DNA of 25,814 nt from a virus (taxonomy: Duplodnaviria > Heunggongvirae > Uroviricota > Caudoviricetes), in IMG/VR virus record IMGVR_UViG_3300038492_000581, positions 1-25,814 of that record; one strand, given 5' to 3'. Below the pieces are notes generated by a model. It searched no databases. It was not told where the DNA came from and was given only the letters and a program-made list of their open reading frames with translations. Below are positions 15,963 to 24,530 of the stretch, in pieces; position 1 is the stretch's first letter, and every line of letters starts with the position of its first letter. The translations under genes were made by a program, and so were the position numbers.

Positions 15963-18482
15963 ATGCCAGCAACAAGCGATCTTTTTCCGTCCGTAAGTGG
16001 GCGATCTCACATCGGAGTCGATGGAGGATTTAATACAGGCTCGTTTGACCTGTCTACTCTTCGTCCATTTGGACACATAGTTCAATTATCGGGCGTCATC
16101 GCAGATCCGATGACTGGTGAATCTGGCGTTATCCGATTTTCCAGCATTACAGATGTTTTGGAAGTCTCGATTAATGGCGGAAGAACATTTGATTCGTTGC
16201 CAAGCTCTGGCCAGATACAGGAATCCATTAATCAGCTCAGTCCCGATGGCGGAGCTAATCAGTCATTGGATGATGCGTATGATCTTGGTAATGCTATCAA
16301 TCTGCATTTTGATAGCAGTTATGGTTATCGGGGCGTTCTACTTAGAGAAACGCAACCTGGTTTAAATCCAATAAGCGTAAATGATTTTACTCCTCAGGCT
16401 CTAAGACATTATGGATTGGCAGTTAGTGGACACGCTCCTAATCCAGACAATCCGAATAGCTACGCGTTTGCGAGACTTGTTTCAAACGCTTTAGCCATTC
16501 AGGGATCTGGACAGGATAGTGGTGGTAACGATGCACCTGCTAATATAGTAATAGGAGTTGATGTTCCCGGAATTCCAGCGGTTGGAGTCAACGAAAATAC
16601 TGCTATTATGGCGACAAGTGGACGATTTGTTCACTATGTTGGGGGTAACTATAACCAGAATTTAGATGGGATTTGGACACTTGCTACAGATAGCAGCGTC
16701 ACTCATACATATCTTGGTGAAGTAAACAAAACAGCCCAAGCATCTTACAATATTGTAACTTTTGGGTTCCAGGAGTGGGATAGAGTACTTCGATTAACAG
16801 CATCTCAACAATTAAGACTCAACGCCTTTACTGATGCCGGCACCGCCAGCGGAGCAATGCGATTTCAAATTGGTCCGCACAAAGCTTGGCACGTAAACAA
16901 CGATAATGAAGCCGGAAATAAGTGGTTCCCTATCGCACACTCCGGACAAGTTCTCCAAATGATTCTGGAGAATGGTGGTGGCGATCCATCACTACAAGCT
17001 TCTTATGATGGCGGCAATGAGATAAATTTAAGTAATCAGGTAACTACTCTTGGTCCTGGCCCTAATAATTACGGTGTAGTAATTAAAGATCAAACTCCTG
17101 GTAGCGATCCAAACATACTTAATTCTCTCGGGCAACCAGCAGGATTTGGAGTTGCGGTTAGTGGTGCCAATCCATTCAACAGTCAGTTTACTCATTCGAT
17201 AGCTTGCTTGAATTCAAATGGATTGTATATTCGTGGCTCTGGATTAGATGCTACGCACGCAAACGGTCCAAGTAGGCCAGTTGAGTTATTTGTTGGGGTT
17301 TCAGGACAACCATGGGGTGATGATCAAGTAGCTTCGATTAGATCTACAGCCGGCATGGAAATTGTAACTCCAAGCGGTAATTTGACGCTAAGATCTTTCG
17401 GTCCAGACTGTAATCTCGTTCTAAACTCTGAAGTCGATATAGAGATGTCAAGCGGTGCCGATATCTCTGTAACCGTTGGCGATGATTACAACTTGGTTGC
17501 ACAAGATCAAATCAACTTAACTTCCGCATCAGATAATATCACACTAACTGCAAATGCGGGTGGATTGAACTTGCTCGCCGCGGGCAACAATACTGTTTGG
17601 GGTATTAATGGCAGCATCACTGTCAATAATGGATCTACAAAGTTTATAGGACTTGATGATATTACTCATGTTGTCTTGGGTAATGACAACAGTTTTGTAT
17701 TGAGTGCTTCTGGTGACTCGAATTTTCTTGTTCAGGCTGGCGGGCCTGTAACTTTAGAAGCTGGACATAGAGATGCCAGTGCTCCAGGCGATAAGTCCGG
17801 CGTATTTACATTTGTTCCTCACGACGAACACAATACATGGCAAATTAAAACAGGTAATGATCCAGAAGGTACTTTAAATCCGATAGCTCATTCCGGTCAA
17901 GTCTGTGGAATGATCGATGATAAGATCAGAACTGGCCGCGACCTGACCTATAGCTGGTTCATTTCAACAAATGTTGAGCGGGTGTTTGATAACAATGCTG
18001 GTGACTTTATTGTGCCTGGCCCGACAACTCGAAATGACGATGATCCATCTGGTGTTATCGCTTCGTATATCATGGACGTTGGACAAGTGGATAGGTTTCA
18101 GGTGCAATTCCCAGTACCTCATGAATTGGATGTTTCACAGCCAGTTTCAGGAATGATGTACTTCAGAAGAGCTTCTGGCGGCAGTGATAACACCACGGCG
18201 GAAATGATTTGGACGCTACGTGTCAATAATCCCGGAGATAATTTTTCGAATACTGCTGAAGGCACAAATATTTTCGCGTTGACTCCGGTGGATATACCAA
18301 ATGGCGATAATGATGATATGCTTATTGCTGAAATTGGAACCTTGTTGCCTGGAGGCACATTAACTCAAGATAGTTTTGTGCACGGATCATTTTCGAGAGA
18401 TAATGTAAATAATCCAAACGATGATTTAACTACTGACATAGATTTCATCGGTGTTAAATTTGTGGGAAAGAGGAAGCCCTAA
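15963..18482 (+). CDS. Large putative tail fibre/receptor-binding protein
   Basis: 839 aa, G/S/N/D/T-rich, with an internal ~245-aa-spaced duplication and two IAHSGQV connectors. Confidence 0.7.
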   Translation: MPATSDLFPSVSGRSHIGVDGGFNTGSFDLSTLRPFGHIVQLSGVIADPMTGESGVIRFSSITDVLEVSINGGRTFDSLPSSGQIQESINQLSPDGGANQSLDDAYDLGNAINLHFDSSYGYRGVLLRETQPGLNPISVNDFTPQALRHYGLAVSGHAPNPDNPNSYAFARLVSNALAIQGSGQDSGGNDAPANIVIGVDVPGIPAVGVNENTAIMATSGRFVHYVGGNYNQNLDGIWTLATDSSVTHTYLGEVNKTAQASYNIVTFGFQEWDRVLRLTASQQLRLNAFTDAGTASGAMRFQIGPHKAWHVNNDNEAGNKWFPIAHSGQVLQMILENGGGDPSLQASYDGGNEINLSNQVTTLGPGPNNYGVVIKDQTPGSDPNILNSLGQPAGFGVAVSGANPFNSQFTHSIACLNSNGLYIRGSGLDATHANGPSRPVELFVGVSGQPWGDDQVASIRSTAGMEIVTPSGNLTLRSFGPDCNLVLNSEVDIEMSSGADISVTVGDDYNLVAQDQINLTSASDNITLTANAGGLNLLAAGNNTVWGINGSITVNNGSTKFIGLDDITHVVLGNDNSFVLSASGDSNFLVQAGGPVTLEAGHRDASAPGDKSGVFTFVPHDEHNTWQIKTGNDPEGTLNPIAHSGQVCGMIDDKIRTGRDLTYSWFISTNVERVFDNNAGDFIVPGPTTRNDDDPSGVIASYIMDVGQVDRFQVQFPVPHELDVSQPVSGMMYFRRASGGSDNTTAEMIWTLRVNNPGDNFSNTAEGTNIFALTPVDIPNGDNDDMLIAEIGTLLPGGTLTQDSFVHGSFSRDNVNNPNDDLTTDIDFIGVKFVGKRKP

Positions 18483-19561
18483 TGAGATTTTCAAAAGACT
18501 GGTACGATTATGATGGAAAGGTTCGTACGAATCATTCAGGTGCAACGCTTAAAATTCGGGCTTCAGGACTTACAGATCTCCATGTCGGGTTTGACACGGA
18601 TTTCTTTAACGTTCCAGTTTTAAACCCTGGTCAGGTTACAGCTTTCGTTAACGGGAACCAAACCCATGGCTTGGCCGCAAGCGGATTCCTTTTATTTGGA
18701 CAATTGGATCCAAACATAGTCAACGATATAGTTATTACCACAACTATTGGTCCAGAATTTCCGCTCGGCATAATCGTAGACAGGTGGAGAGACGAATCTG
18801 ATACACAGGGATATTTTTGGGATGTCAGCTCGATTGCAGTAAATAGCGGAGCAATTCTGCTACCTGTACCAGATGCCTCAGGTATTGTTTTGGTTTACGG
18901 AGATTCAGTTGTAGATTCTTTGATTCCGATGCATAGCGGAACAATAGCACCACTGAATCCTAAAGGTACTTTGTCTTCTTGGCCGAACAAGGTGTTTGAG
19001 GATATCGATATCATCAACCACTCGTTTGGAGGATGGTTCGGGTGCGGGTTAGAGTTCCCACTTGCAGGATTCAATTCGGAGACGGAGCTGAGAGATGCCG
19101 TGCCGCAGGCTCATCCAACAGTGCCGTCAATGATAGACCGAAACCACGTCTTCTCCCCAACATTCTTTCCTCGTGGCACCAAGCCTACAGTAGTCTTCTA
19201 TACGCTCGGAAATAATGATGGAGGGACTGGCCGCCTGAATCACGGTCTTCGTTACGTTGAGGATCTGGTTGCCAATTTTATATCGATCAAATCGAGATGG
19301 CCAGATGTTAAGATAGTGGTTTGCACCACTCACACATCGGGAGAATCCGCAGACAGACAAAGAACCCTGGCGAACGTCGCGGCCACACAAACCCAGATCG
19401 ACGGACTTATTTTTGTCGACTTTACTGAGGAGCTTTCTCTTCTCGGATTCAATAACGTGGATTTACATCCAACGGAAGACATCCATAGCGTAATGGCTGA
19501 TATAGTTCGTACCAAATTATTGGCCGAATGCCCCGAGATATTTGATGGAAGCACTAATTGA
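18482..19561 (+). CDS. SGNH/GDSL esterase (CE2-like N-domain), probably virion-associated
   Basis: YGDS, LGNND and DLHP catalytic blocks, with an N-terminal RFS..W.......SGA.L.I beta domain. Confidence 0.75.
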   Translation: MRFSKDWYDYDGKVRTNHSGATLKIRASGLTDLHVGFDTDFFNVPVLNPGQVTAFVNGNQTHGLAASGFLLFGQLDPNIVNDIVITTTIGPEFPLGIIVDRWRDESDTQGYFWDVSSIAVNSGAILLPVPDASGIVLVYGDSVVDSLIPMHSGTIAPLNPKGTLSSWPNKVFEDIDIINHSFGGWFGCGLEFPLAGFNSETELRDAVPQAHPTVPSMIDRNHVFSPTFFPRGTKPTVVFYTLGNNDGGTGRLNHGLRYVEDLVANFISIKSRWPDVKIVVCTTHTSGESADRQRTLANVAATQTQIDGLIFVDFTEELSLLGFNNVDLHPTEDIHSVMADIVRTKLLAECPEIFDGSTN

Positions 19562-19886
19562 GAAAGTACTTGATCAGTATGGCCCGCCTGGTCTGGCCAT
19601 CATTTTTCTTGTCTGGGCGGTTGTGCGTCTTGCTAAGCGTCTAAAAGCTATTGAGGACGGCAAGGATGCCGCTCACGCTGCCGAACTGGAGCGTGAGCGT
19701 CGTAGAACCGAGGAGTCAACGGAGCTTGTGAAGTCGAATATAGAGGCTATCTGCAAAATCACCTCTTCGATGGATGGAATTTCTAAGACCTTGGATCAAA
19801 CCAAGGAGTTGAACAAAGAGGTGTTTGAGTATCTTAGGAAATCTGAGGACGAACGGTGCCGTCGAGACTTGCCTCCTGGGTCATGA
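19542..19886 (+). CDS. Holin-like protein (single N-terminal TM + coiled coil, BhlA-like)
   Basis: YGPPGLAIIFLVWAVVRLA hydrophobic helix followed by a charged coiled coil; last gene of the structural block. Confidence 0.5.
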   Translation: MMEALIEKVLDQYGPPGLAIIFLVWAVVRLAKRLKAIEDGKDAAHAAELERERRRTEESTELVKSNIEAICKITSSMDGISKTLDQTKELNKEVFEYLRKSEDERCRRDLPPGS

Positions 19887-20046
19887 CTGTGGCCCCATAA
19901 GGCTTTCTCTCTGGCTTATTAACTGCCGCCAGCACCTCATCGCGAATAGAGGAGATGATTTCTCCCGGCACATCGTAGTCAATCAATCTTTCCGCGATGA
20001 TTCTTCGAATTACTATTTCAATATTTTCTTTCTTTTCGGTTGCCAT
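19834..20046 (-). CDS. Hypothetical protein
   Basis: 70-aa terminal ORF of the - strand block; its tail overlaps the holin-like gene convergently by 53 nt. Confidence 0.5.
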   Translation of the reverse strand: MATEKKENIEIVIRRIIAERLIDYDVPGEIISSIRDEVLAAVNKPERKPYGATVMTQEASLDGTVRPQIS

Positions 20047-20067
20047 TAATCGTACCTTTTCTTAAGG

Positions 20068-20643
20068 TTATTCATTCTTTCCAGAATGGACACAATTTCT
20101 TGCTTCACAGTCGCAAGACCCATTCTCGCCACAGCAAGATTGAGTGCTTGATCCGTTGTCAAGCCATGCTTGTTTGAATAACAAGACTTTAGACTTTCGA
20201 TCTTTTTCCTGAGTCTTGATCTGGCTTCTAATGCGGCGACGAGCTTGTTTTTCTCTCGTTCTCTCGCTGATGACGTCGACCATTTCATGTTGTCCTCCTT
20301 CGACTTTGGTTCTTATAAAGGCGTCAGGTTTCTTACGAAACAATACACAGCCTTTGACCGAAGGAACTAAAACACGACGAACATGATTGGTCATTGCTGG
20401 GAACAGTGGATTAATTACACCGTTCACTTCTTCGATGAGTCGAGTATCGTTGTAAACCATTATGTCTTCGCAAGTTGTTCCCCTTAGATCTTGCAACGCT
20501 CTCGCAAGTACTGCGTATAGATGTTGAAGAGGATCAAAAAGTGGTTTGCCTTGCGTATCAAGACGAGGCGAGACCTTCTGAGATGCCTCAAAAGTCTCGC
20601 CCGTGATGAAGTAACCCGAATGGTTGAAAAAGACTTGGAGCAT
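20068..20643 (-). CDS. Degenerate RNase H-like protein
   Basis: LYAVLARALQDL...IMVYNDTRLIEEVNG resembles RNase HI-like EY.ALI..L..A....V.IYSDS.LVV.Q.NG. Only one catalytic Asp is recognisable. Confidence 0.45.
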   Translation of the reverse strand: MLQVFFNHSGYFITGETFEASQKVSPRLDTQGKPLFDPLQHLYAVLARALQDLRGTTCEDIMVYNDTRLIEEVNGVINPLFPAMTNHVRRVLVPSVKGCVLFRKKPDAFIRTKVEGGQHEMVDVISERTREKQARRRIRSQIKTQEKDRKSKVLLFKQAWLDNGSSTQSCCGENGSCDCEARNCVHSGKNE

Positions 20644-21251
20644 TAGCGTGGTGCTACTGGTGATCTCGTCTTGTCAACATGACTATACCCAGATTCATCT
20701 CCAAGCCAGGCTGCACGCACATATTCAGCGTACTTTGGATTTGCCGATTCGGGATCAGGACCAAGACCAGATGTCACCCTATCAACTCCGTCGTGAATTC
20801 CTTGTGCGACGGCATTAATCAGTTCCTTTGTCCTGTCGGACAAAGGAAAAGATCCGTCTTCGTTGAGATTATCTCCGAAGTTCACCTGATCCTCCACCAA
20901 ACGGAGTCCCGCTACGATCGCCTCGCCTGGCACATTGAACTCAGTCAGTACCCGATCCGCAACGTCGCTAAGAATGCCTCCTACAACTGTTACAGCGTCT
21001 TTGTTGGCTGTGTCTTCCAGGGCATTCGCTACCGCCGTCAATATCTCGGCGGATACGTCAGTGCGTTGCAAGAGCTGGGTAGCGGCCACACGAACCCCGG
21101 TCTCAATGTATCCAAGAACGTTGTCGAAACGATCCTGATCCATATTCTCGATCAATTCGACACCATCCCCATTGCCAGTCGAGACGCATCCCGGCCCGAA
21201 AACGAATACGACTGCCAAAATGGCACACATTACATTAAACTTCATGGTCAA
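20643..21251 (-). CDS. Putative lipoprotein
   Basis: MTMKF-hydrophobic stretch-GPG/C signal followed by an acidic helical domain. GAGG RBS. Confidence 0.55.
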   Translation of the reverse strand: MTMKFNVMCAILAVVFVFGPGCVSTGNGDGVELIENMDQDRFDNVLGYIETGVRVAATQLLQRTDVSAEILTAVANALEDTANKDAVTVVGGILSDVADRVLTEFNVPGEAIVAGLRLVEDQVNFGDNLNEDGSFPLSDRTKELINAVAQGIHDGVDRVTSGLGPDPESANPKYAEYVRAAWLGDESGYSHVDKTRSPVAPR

Positions 21252-21907
21252 TCCTCTTTTCCCTTGATGTTTGCATTACTGCCGACCGCCAAATCGTGGC
21301 CGCCAGTTCGGGCGGCACCATACGCTGCCCGTTGTTTAGCATTCATCATTCGAATGTTGGCCTTGCAACTTCGACACGTTCTATACATAGTCTTGCCATC
21401 ATCATTCGACCAAGGCTTCGATTTGTTCGGATGAGAGCAATCATTTCTGGCCACAGTCTTAAGTCGAGGACCAGGTCTTTTGTCTGGATCGGCCACAGGC
21501 TCGTCGCCCATAGACTGAGCAGATTGAGAACGCTGGTGCTCCTCTCTTTCTCTCATTTTTTGAGCTACAAAGGCTTCGTCATCATCGATTTCTGCCCTTG
21601 AAAATTGCTGTCTGCGTTCCGCAGCAGTTTGAAAACTTTCATCATGTTCCTGAATTCGAACAGGTTTCTCTTGGTACGGTAATGAAGGGCTGGTAACAAT
21701 TTGTAATGCAAGATTGATGCCATTTTCAAGTACTTCAGTGCTGGCAATTTGAGTCATAAGCCTTTCAATGCAATCACGACAAACTTCATGCTCTTGTTCT
21801 TTTCTGGCCTGGGGCCTCTTTATCTTGATAACACCCAAGGACTTAAGATCATCAGTCTCTCGACCGCAGAGATCACATTCGATTATGGTTACTGTTCTTG
21901 TTGCCAT
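21248..21907 (-). CDS. Hypothetical protein with Cys/His zinc-binding motifs
   Basis: CDLC...CRDC at the N-terminus and CSH...CRSC at the C-terminus. Confidence 0.65.
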   Translation of the reverse strand: MATRTVTIIECDLCGRETDDLKSLGVIKIKRPQARKEQEHEVCRDCIERLMTQIASTEVLENGINLALQIVTSPSLPYQEKPVRIQEHDESFQTAAERRQQFSRAEIDDDEAFVAQKMREREEHQRSQSAQSMGDEPVADPDKRPGPRLKTVARNDCSHPNKSKPWSNDDGKTMYRTCRSCKANIRMMNAKQRAAYGAARTGGHDLAVGSNANIKGKED

Positions 21908-21921
21908 AATTATTACTACAC

Positions 21922-22572
21922 TTAATCGTTTGAGTAACGTTTCAATATTTCGGCTATGAGTGGGTTACGCTGTATGTCTTGGACAGTATCCATATTGACT
22001 ATACCTACGCCATCCATGCTGTAAAGTCGATTTATAGCGTCACTTAGACCGCTATTACCGGGCTCAATATCGCATTGGTCAAGATCTCCTGCCACAATCA
22101 ACTTACAGTGATCTGCCACACGAGTAAAAAGCATCTTCATAGCTTCACCATCTCGTGGCACGTTTTGTGCTTCCTCAACGATTACCACACAATTTGAAAA
22201 CGATCGTCCGCGACACATACTCAGAACAGTAAATTCCACATACTCTTTTACGAATCTTTTGACTTCTTCTTCGGTCATATGCATTTTACGAAGATTGTCT
22301 TTAATCGACTCTAAGTATGGAGAAACTTTTTCTTCCAATGTGCCTGGAAGAGAGCCCAGCCTCTCTCCTGTATTGCTGGGCATGTAGGGCCGAATAATTA
22401 TCAGCCGCTTGAACTTTTTGTTTTTCAAACAGAGCTGAACAGCCTTACTAAGTGCAAGGTATGTTTTACCAGTTCCAGGATAACCTGTGCAGATTGTGAT
22501 TGTGTTCTCGTCGATCGAATTAAGGTATTCTTCCTGGCCCCAACTACGTGGTTCTGCGGGCCTAAAACTCAT
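21922..22572 (-). CDS. phoH: PhoH-family ATPase
   Basis: GYPGTGKT, IIRP, LGSLPGTLEEK..PY, RGRSF, IVEEAQN and GDLDQCD. AGGAGG RBS. Confidence 0.93.
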   Translation of the reverse strand: MSFRPAEPRSWGQEEYLNSIDENTITICTGYPGTGKTYLALSKAVQLCLKNKKFKRLIIIRPYMPSNTGERLGSLPGTLEEKVSPYLESIKDNLRKMHMTEEEVKRFVKEYVEFTVLSMCRGRSFSNCVVIVEEAQNVPRDGEAMKMLFTRVADHCKLIVAGDLDQCDIEPGNSGLSDAINRLYSMDGVGIVNMDTVQDIQRNPLIAEILKRYSND

Positions 22573-22580
22573 TCCTTCTT

Positions 22581-23171
22581 CTACCTCCTGCCATTACGGC
22601 GACGTACCCAAGCTAAAGATTCTGACGGCTGATTATAAGACTTGTGAAACTGCTTACGTTTGCCGCCTTTTTGAGAAGCTTTTGCAACCAGTTTCTCAAG
22701 CTGATCGATCAAAAGCACACCATTAAGATGGTCGATTTCATGCATAACGGCTCGTGCCATCAAGCCAGAGAAATCTTTCTCCATCTTGTTACCTTTGGTA
22801 TCGAAGTACTCGATTTTAACATTTTTTGGTCGGGGGACTCGAAGAAAAACACCAGGTAGGGACAGACATCCCTCCTCTTTCTTCGAAACTTCTCGGCTTC
22901 GCGTCTTCACTTTGGGATTGATGAATACCTCAATATCACCATTCGGAAGCTGTAGATTAAAGATGCGACGAGGATGTCCAATTTGCACAGCAGCTAAACC
23001 AACGGCACTATTTGTTTCGATTTCTCTAAGAAGAACTGTATTCATGTCAAGAATAGCAGCTTTATCTTCTTCCGTAAGAGGAAATTCTACTTCTTTAGAG
23101 CGAAGACGAAGAAGAGGGCCAAGTTCGGGATCTGCTTGAGTGATAATTTTGCGTTCGATGATTTCGTCCAT
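22581..23171 (-). CDS. def: Peptide deformylase
   Basis: GLAAVQIG, EGCLS and HEIDHLNG all intact. The likely start is ATG 23171, just after the map stop. Confidence 0.95.
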   Translation of the reverse strand: MDEIIERKIITQADPELGPLLRLRSKEVEFPLTEEDKAAILDMNTVLLREIETNSAVGLAAVQIGHPRRIFNLQLPNGDIEVFINPKVKTRSREVSKKEEGCLSLPGVFLRVPRPKNVKIEYFDTKGNKMEKDFSGLMARAVMHEIDHLNGVLLIDQLEKLVAKASQKGGKRKQFHKSYNQPSESLAWVRRRNGRR

Positions 23172-23176
23172 GATAT

Positions 23177-23962
23177 TTAACAGAGAATCTCTGCTCCTTT
23201 TTCGGTTACGAGAACGGTGTGTTCGTGGTGGCATGCGAGAGATCCATCTTTAGTGCGGATCGTCCAGCCGTCTTCATCGATGGTGGTCTCCGTTTTTCCA
23301 AAGGTGCAGACCGGCTCAACGCAAATTATATCGCCCGCGGTCAGCTTTGTCAAGGCGTATTTCTCGCGAAGACATTCGTAAGCTACACCAGACAGACCTT
23401 TTGGGTACGAATGATGTATGCTCGGCTTTTGGTGAATTGACTTTCCAATACCGTGACCAGTAAATTGAGTCATGACGTTCAAACTATTTCGATCGGCAAT
23501 TAGCTTTCCAATATCCGCTAATACATCTAAAGTAACTCCAGATTCAATCGTATCCACGATTTCTTCACATAGATGTTGAGTTCGAGCTATTAACTGCTCA
23601 GCTTTTGAGTCTGCAACAATAGAGTACCCTTCTTCCCTGTATTGTCCTACAAGAATACTTCGTGCGGCGTCAACATTCCATCCGTCGACAGAAACTCCCA
23701 TGTCGATGGTAAGGAGGTCGCCACGCTTCAGCTTGTAACCATTTGGTATACCGTGAACAGCGACATCGTTAACTGACATGCATGCGTTTGCTGGATAGTC
23801 TAAATAACCATTAAAGCAAGGTATTCCACCCTGTTTTTCTATGAGACTGCCAACAAATTGATCCAATTTGGTCAGGCTACATCCTTCATGGGCCAACCTT
23901 AACGTTCTCTCCATCACATGCTTGTGGATCTTGGCGGCTTCTTTGGTCTTCTCTATACTCAT
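23177..23962 (-). CDS. map: Methionine aminopeptidase type I
   Basis: SVND.AVHGIP, IDMG...DGWNVDAARS, GHGIG..IH..P, EP and HEHTV; all five metal ligands are present. Confidence 0.93.
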   Translation of the reverse strand: MSIEKTKEAAKIHKHVMERTLRLAHEGCSLTKLDQFVGSLIEKQGGIPCFNGYLDYPANACMSVNDVAVHGIPNGYKLKRGDLLTIDMGVSVDGWNVDAARSILVGQYREEGYSIVADSKAEQLIARTQHLCEEIVDTIESGVTLDVLADIGKLIADRNSLNVMTQFTGHGIGKSIHQKPSIHHSYPKGLSGVAYECLREKYALTKLTAGDIICVEPVCTFGKTETTIDEDGWTIRTKDGSLACHHEHTVLVTEKGAEILC

Positions 23963-24530
23963 TCACGAGTTCCTTGACTTTTTGCCAGTGCGGCAAAACT
24001 TGTCTGTATCCTCTGCGTCCCGTACGAAGAAGATATGATGGATGATATGTGACAATTGTTGGGTATTTTTGTCCGTTGATGTTTAACCCAAGATCAGTCT
24101 CAAAGAGTTTGAATAAGGCTCCTTTTATTTCGGAACCCACTATAGTGGTGGCAGCCATCTTGCCAAGCAACACAATAAATTTGGGCTGTAGCTGCTCGAT
24201 TTGTAAATGAAGACGCCATCGACAAGCATCCATCTCTTCTATTTGAGGATCACGATTGTTTGGTGGTCTACAAAGAACCGTGTTCGTGATGTAAATCTCT
24301 TCTCTTGTTACACCAACAAAATCAAGTATCTTGTTAAGCTTCTCGCCTGCTTGCCCAACGAAGGGCTCGCCGCCCTTATCCTCATTTTCGCCTGGTGCTT
24401 CGCCCACTATCATGAAAATTGGGTTGTGGCTGCCCGTACCAAAGACAATTTGACTACGTTCGTGACAAAGCCCGCAATCCTGGCAGTCCGCCAAACCTTT
24501 TTCTGCGACATCGAGTATTTTATTACGCAT
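23886..24530 (-). CDS. Uracil-DNA glycosylase family 4
   Basis: CQDCGLC, VGEAPGENED..GEPFVGQAG, NTVLCRPPNNRDP..EE..AC and TYHPSYLLR. The C-terminal tail overlaps map by 77 nt. Confidence 0.92.
   Translation of the reverse strand: MRNKILDVAEKGLADCQDCGLCHERSQIVFGTGSHNPIFMIVGEAPGENEDKGGEPFVGQAGEKLNKILDFVGVTREEIYITNTVLCRPPNNRDPQIEEMDACRWRLHLQIEQLQPKFIVLLGKMAATTIVGSEIKGALFKLFETDLGLNINGQKYPTIVTYHPSYLLRTGRRGYRQVLPHWQKVKELVNEYREDQRSRQDPQACDGENVKVGP

Noticed and set aside
20046-20288. 80-aa alternative-frame ORF overlapping the RNase H-like gene
   Set aside because: Most of it overlaps a better-supported ORF. A short 3' part (..DQALNLAVARMGL..) might be real, but it has no convincing start or RBS.
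20679-21434. 251-aa + strand ORF
   Set aside because: It lies antisense to two coupled - strand genes that have RBS and motif support, and has no recognisable motif. It is a shadow ORF, as are the other short antisense ORFs in the track.
21750-21907. Lsr2-like N-terminus (MATRTVTIIECD)
   Set aside because: The resemblance is limited to the first strand, and no Lsr2 C-terminal RGR AT-hook is present.
21908-21922. GTAATAATT shared with 12609-12617 as a possible late-promoter motif
   Set aside because: It is only 9 AT-rich bases with two copies, and this copy abuts the ATG, too close for a -10 element.
23886-23962. Frameshift explaining the 77-nt UDG/map overlap
   Set aside because: Shifting in the A-run gives a less natural C-terminus than KVKELV. 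A dispensable read-through tail is the simpler explanation.
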